The notes beneath the pieces were generated by a model. The model was not told the DNA's origin. It searched no databases and saw nothing but the letters and a program-made list of their open reading frames with translations. A stretch of DNA of 56,404 bases, filler included, from Bipalium vagum (lineage: Eukaryota), in the NCBI GenBank assembly GCA_037834085.1. It is 3 parts of 3 records of this genome, joined end to end, with 100 filler letters (N's around TTAATTAATTAA, not from the genome) between each part and the next. Parts side by side here need not be neighbours in the genome. Positions count along the whole stretch, not along the records: positions 40,773 to 56,404 come from JBBMKC010154733.1; 2 more parts are not named here. The stretch is one strand, 5' to 3'. Both the position numbers and the translations under genes were made by a program. Position 1 is the stretch's first letter. Every line of letters begins with the position of its first letter. Of the stretch, positions 55,824 to 56,404 are shown one piece after another.

Positions 55824-55824
<1 letters not shown>
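42935..55824 (+). CDS. Ig/fibronectin type III cell-surface protein (receptor-PTP/Dscam/sidekick-like architecture), internal exons
   Basis: Phase-consistent exons 42935-43211 (LTVENDLGNASFNFTI, then KPLSPELTLTAKTATDLTL..PDDG), 50532-50697 (ISLAGWKPHSE..NLGIGNFS), 54306-54400 (YPNCGP) and 55593-55824 (EDQNGIINKY...FCVTACTVVGCS). They give an Ig C-terminus and two FN3 repeats. Confidence 0.78.
43900..44330 (+). mobile_element. IS630/Tc1-type transposase relic
   Basis: VLMMDNCRFHH...YRFLSPYSPQL motif. Confidence 0.75.
44536..45693 (-). mobile_element. Decayed mariner-family element
   Basis: Degenerate TIRs CAG.GTGTC..AAA.GTAAT. Minus-strand WWQHDNVFPNSAA and RNCSFLRSQVMG fragments. Confidence 0.7.
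45700..46150 (-). mobile_element. Tc1/Tc3-like transposase relic
   Basis: CVYWDRVNP..IETEVNVPVVTVWA...GLFFFKGTVNGGRYL, FPGSWIGRR and PDPWI-type fragments. Confidence 0.7.
47290..48180 (-). mobile_element. Mariner relic
   Basis: DHIRHILQFE..NATDAT, RWFKNFRS, WLPHD and WEILTHPPYSSDIA motifs. Confidence 0.75.
48200..49054 (-). mobile_element. Mariner element, 3'-truncated
   Basis: ORFs 48435-48884 (HTH, DEPRLGRP) and 48169-48504 (LHPKKILMSLWWD, FHHNNARPH, WELLPH). TIR-like end at ~49030-49054. Confidence 0.85.
49174..50140 (+). mobile_element. Mariner (irritans-like) relic
   Basis: EFQCGRTSLENE..DRP, RHITYCEIE, SRWMHRNLT, IVTGDEK and WKTCLENWFDHMQK motifs. Boundaries approximate. Confidence 0.8.
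50303..50419 (+). mobile_element. Solo tRNA-Ala-derived LTR (117 bp)
   Basis: TGTGAGA...CTAACA, about 10 differences from the 42482 copy. Flanks ATGTT/GTGTT form a 5-bp TSD with one mismatch. Confidence 0.88.
51055..51128. repeat. (AAT)n microsatellite
   Basis: About 24 units; explains the poly-Ile ORFs. Confidence 0.95.
52950..53760 (-). mobile_element. maT/DD37D-like transposase relic
   Basis: SDKYFVEERKVNYQNDCWIC..TDVPTV, FEKDLAINSERCINILETVVKSWI, VCQQDS and DDLNL fragments. Confidence 0.65.
54454..54495. repeat. (AAT)n microsatellite
   Basis: About 14 units. Confidence 0.9.
55034..55171. other. Assembly gap
   Basis: 138 N without the stop linker; the FN3 gene reads across it in phase. 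Confidence 0.9.

Positions 55825-55825
<1 letters not shown>

Positions 55826-55890
<65 letters not shown>
55826..55890. repeat. (AAT)n microsatellite fused to a splice donor
   Basis: G|GTAATAATAAT..., about 21 units. Confidence 0.9.
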
Positions 55891-55891
<1 letters not shown>

Positions 55892-56404
55892 CCGAAACCT
55901 TTTGTTATTGGTCCAATCGCCATTACCAAATGATTAAACGGCAAACGAAATGTGATTAATAACTTGAACACTCACGTCTTTATTTCTGAACATTTGCTAA
56001 TGTTCATGTTACATTTGTAATGTGCAATTTTGATCCCAAAACGACTAGGACAACATGTAACATTTAGGTTGTAACCCCCTCTAACCATGACTCGACCTTA
56101 AAGTTCGCCAACGTTCTGTCCTGACATAGTCATAATTTAGACAATCGTGAGAGGGAAATCTGAAAAAAGGTAACATTGGTCCACAAATTTGGGTAGTTTC
56201 TGAAGTTTTCAATTGTCATTGTCAGGACTACCATAGAATGTGATTGAAACAAGACGTCTTTGTCTAGTTTGACAGTTTTGCAAATCTTTATTATCATTAT
56301 TATTTTATAATTTTTAAATTATTTCTCTGATTGATAATATTATTAACATTATATTTGCTTTATTTTTTAATTTTCAAATAATATTATCAGCTATTTTATT
56401 TTAT

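Overview
AT-rich eukaryotic DNA, probably from a flatworm (inferred from a TAL-family gene, 40-60 nt introns and abundant Tc1/mariner relics). It consists of three contigs joined by N-TTAATTAATTAA-N linkers (15553-15652, 40673-40772), plus a 138-N gap. Five spliced genes were assembled by hand from GT-AG sites with consistent phases. Contig 1 has a claudin/PMP22-like tetraspan (+), a divergent eIF5A (+) and a convergent tegumental-allergen-like EF-hand/dynein-light-chain gene (-). Contig 2 has the middle of a JIP3/JIP4 gene (-). Contig 3 has part of an Ig-FN3-FN3 cell-surface receptor (+). Introns contain decayed mariner, Tc1, maT, piggyBac-like, Ginger-like and RLE non-LTR elements. The most notable signal is a repeat that looks like a tRNA SINE but has LTR hallmarks. 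Its ~117-bp TG...CA units are built around a tRNA-Ala-like sequence and make 5-bp target duplications, and one locus shows LTR-PBS-internal-PPT-LTR structure. This points to a miniature non-autonomous LTR retrotransposon (TRIM) with tRNA-derived LTRs, present at four loci.
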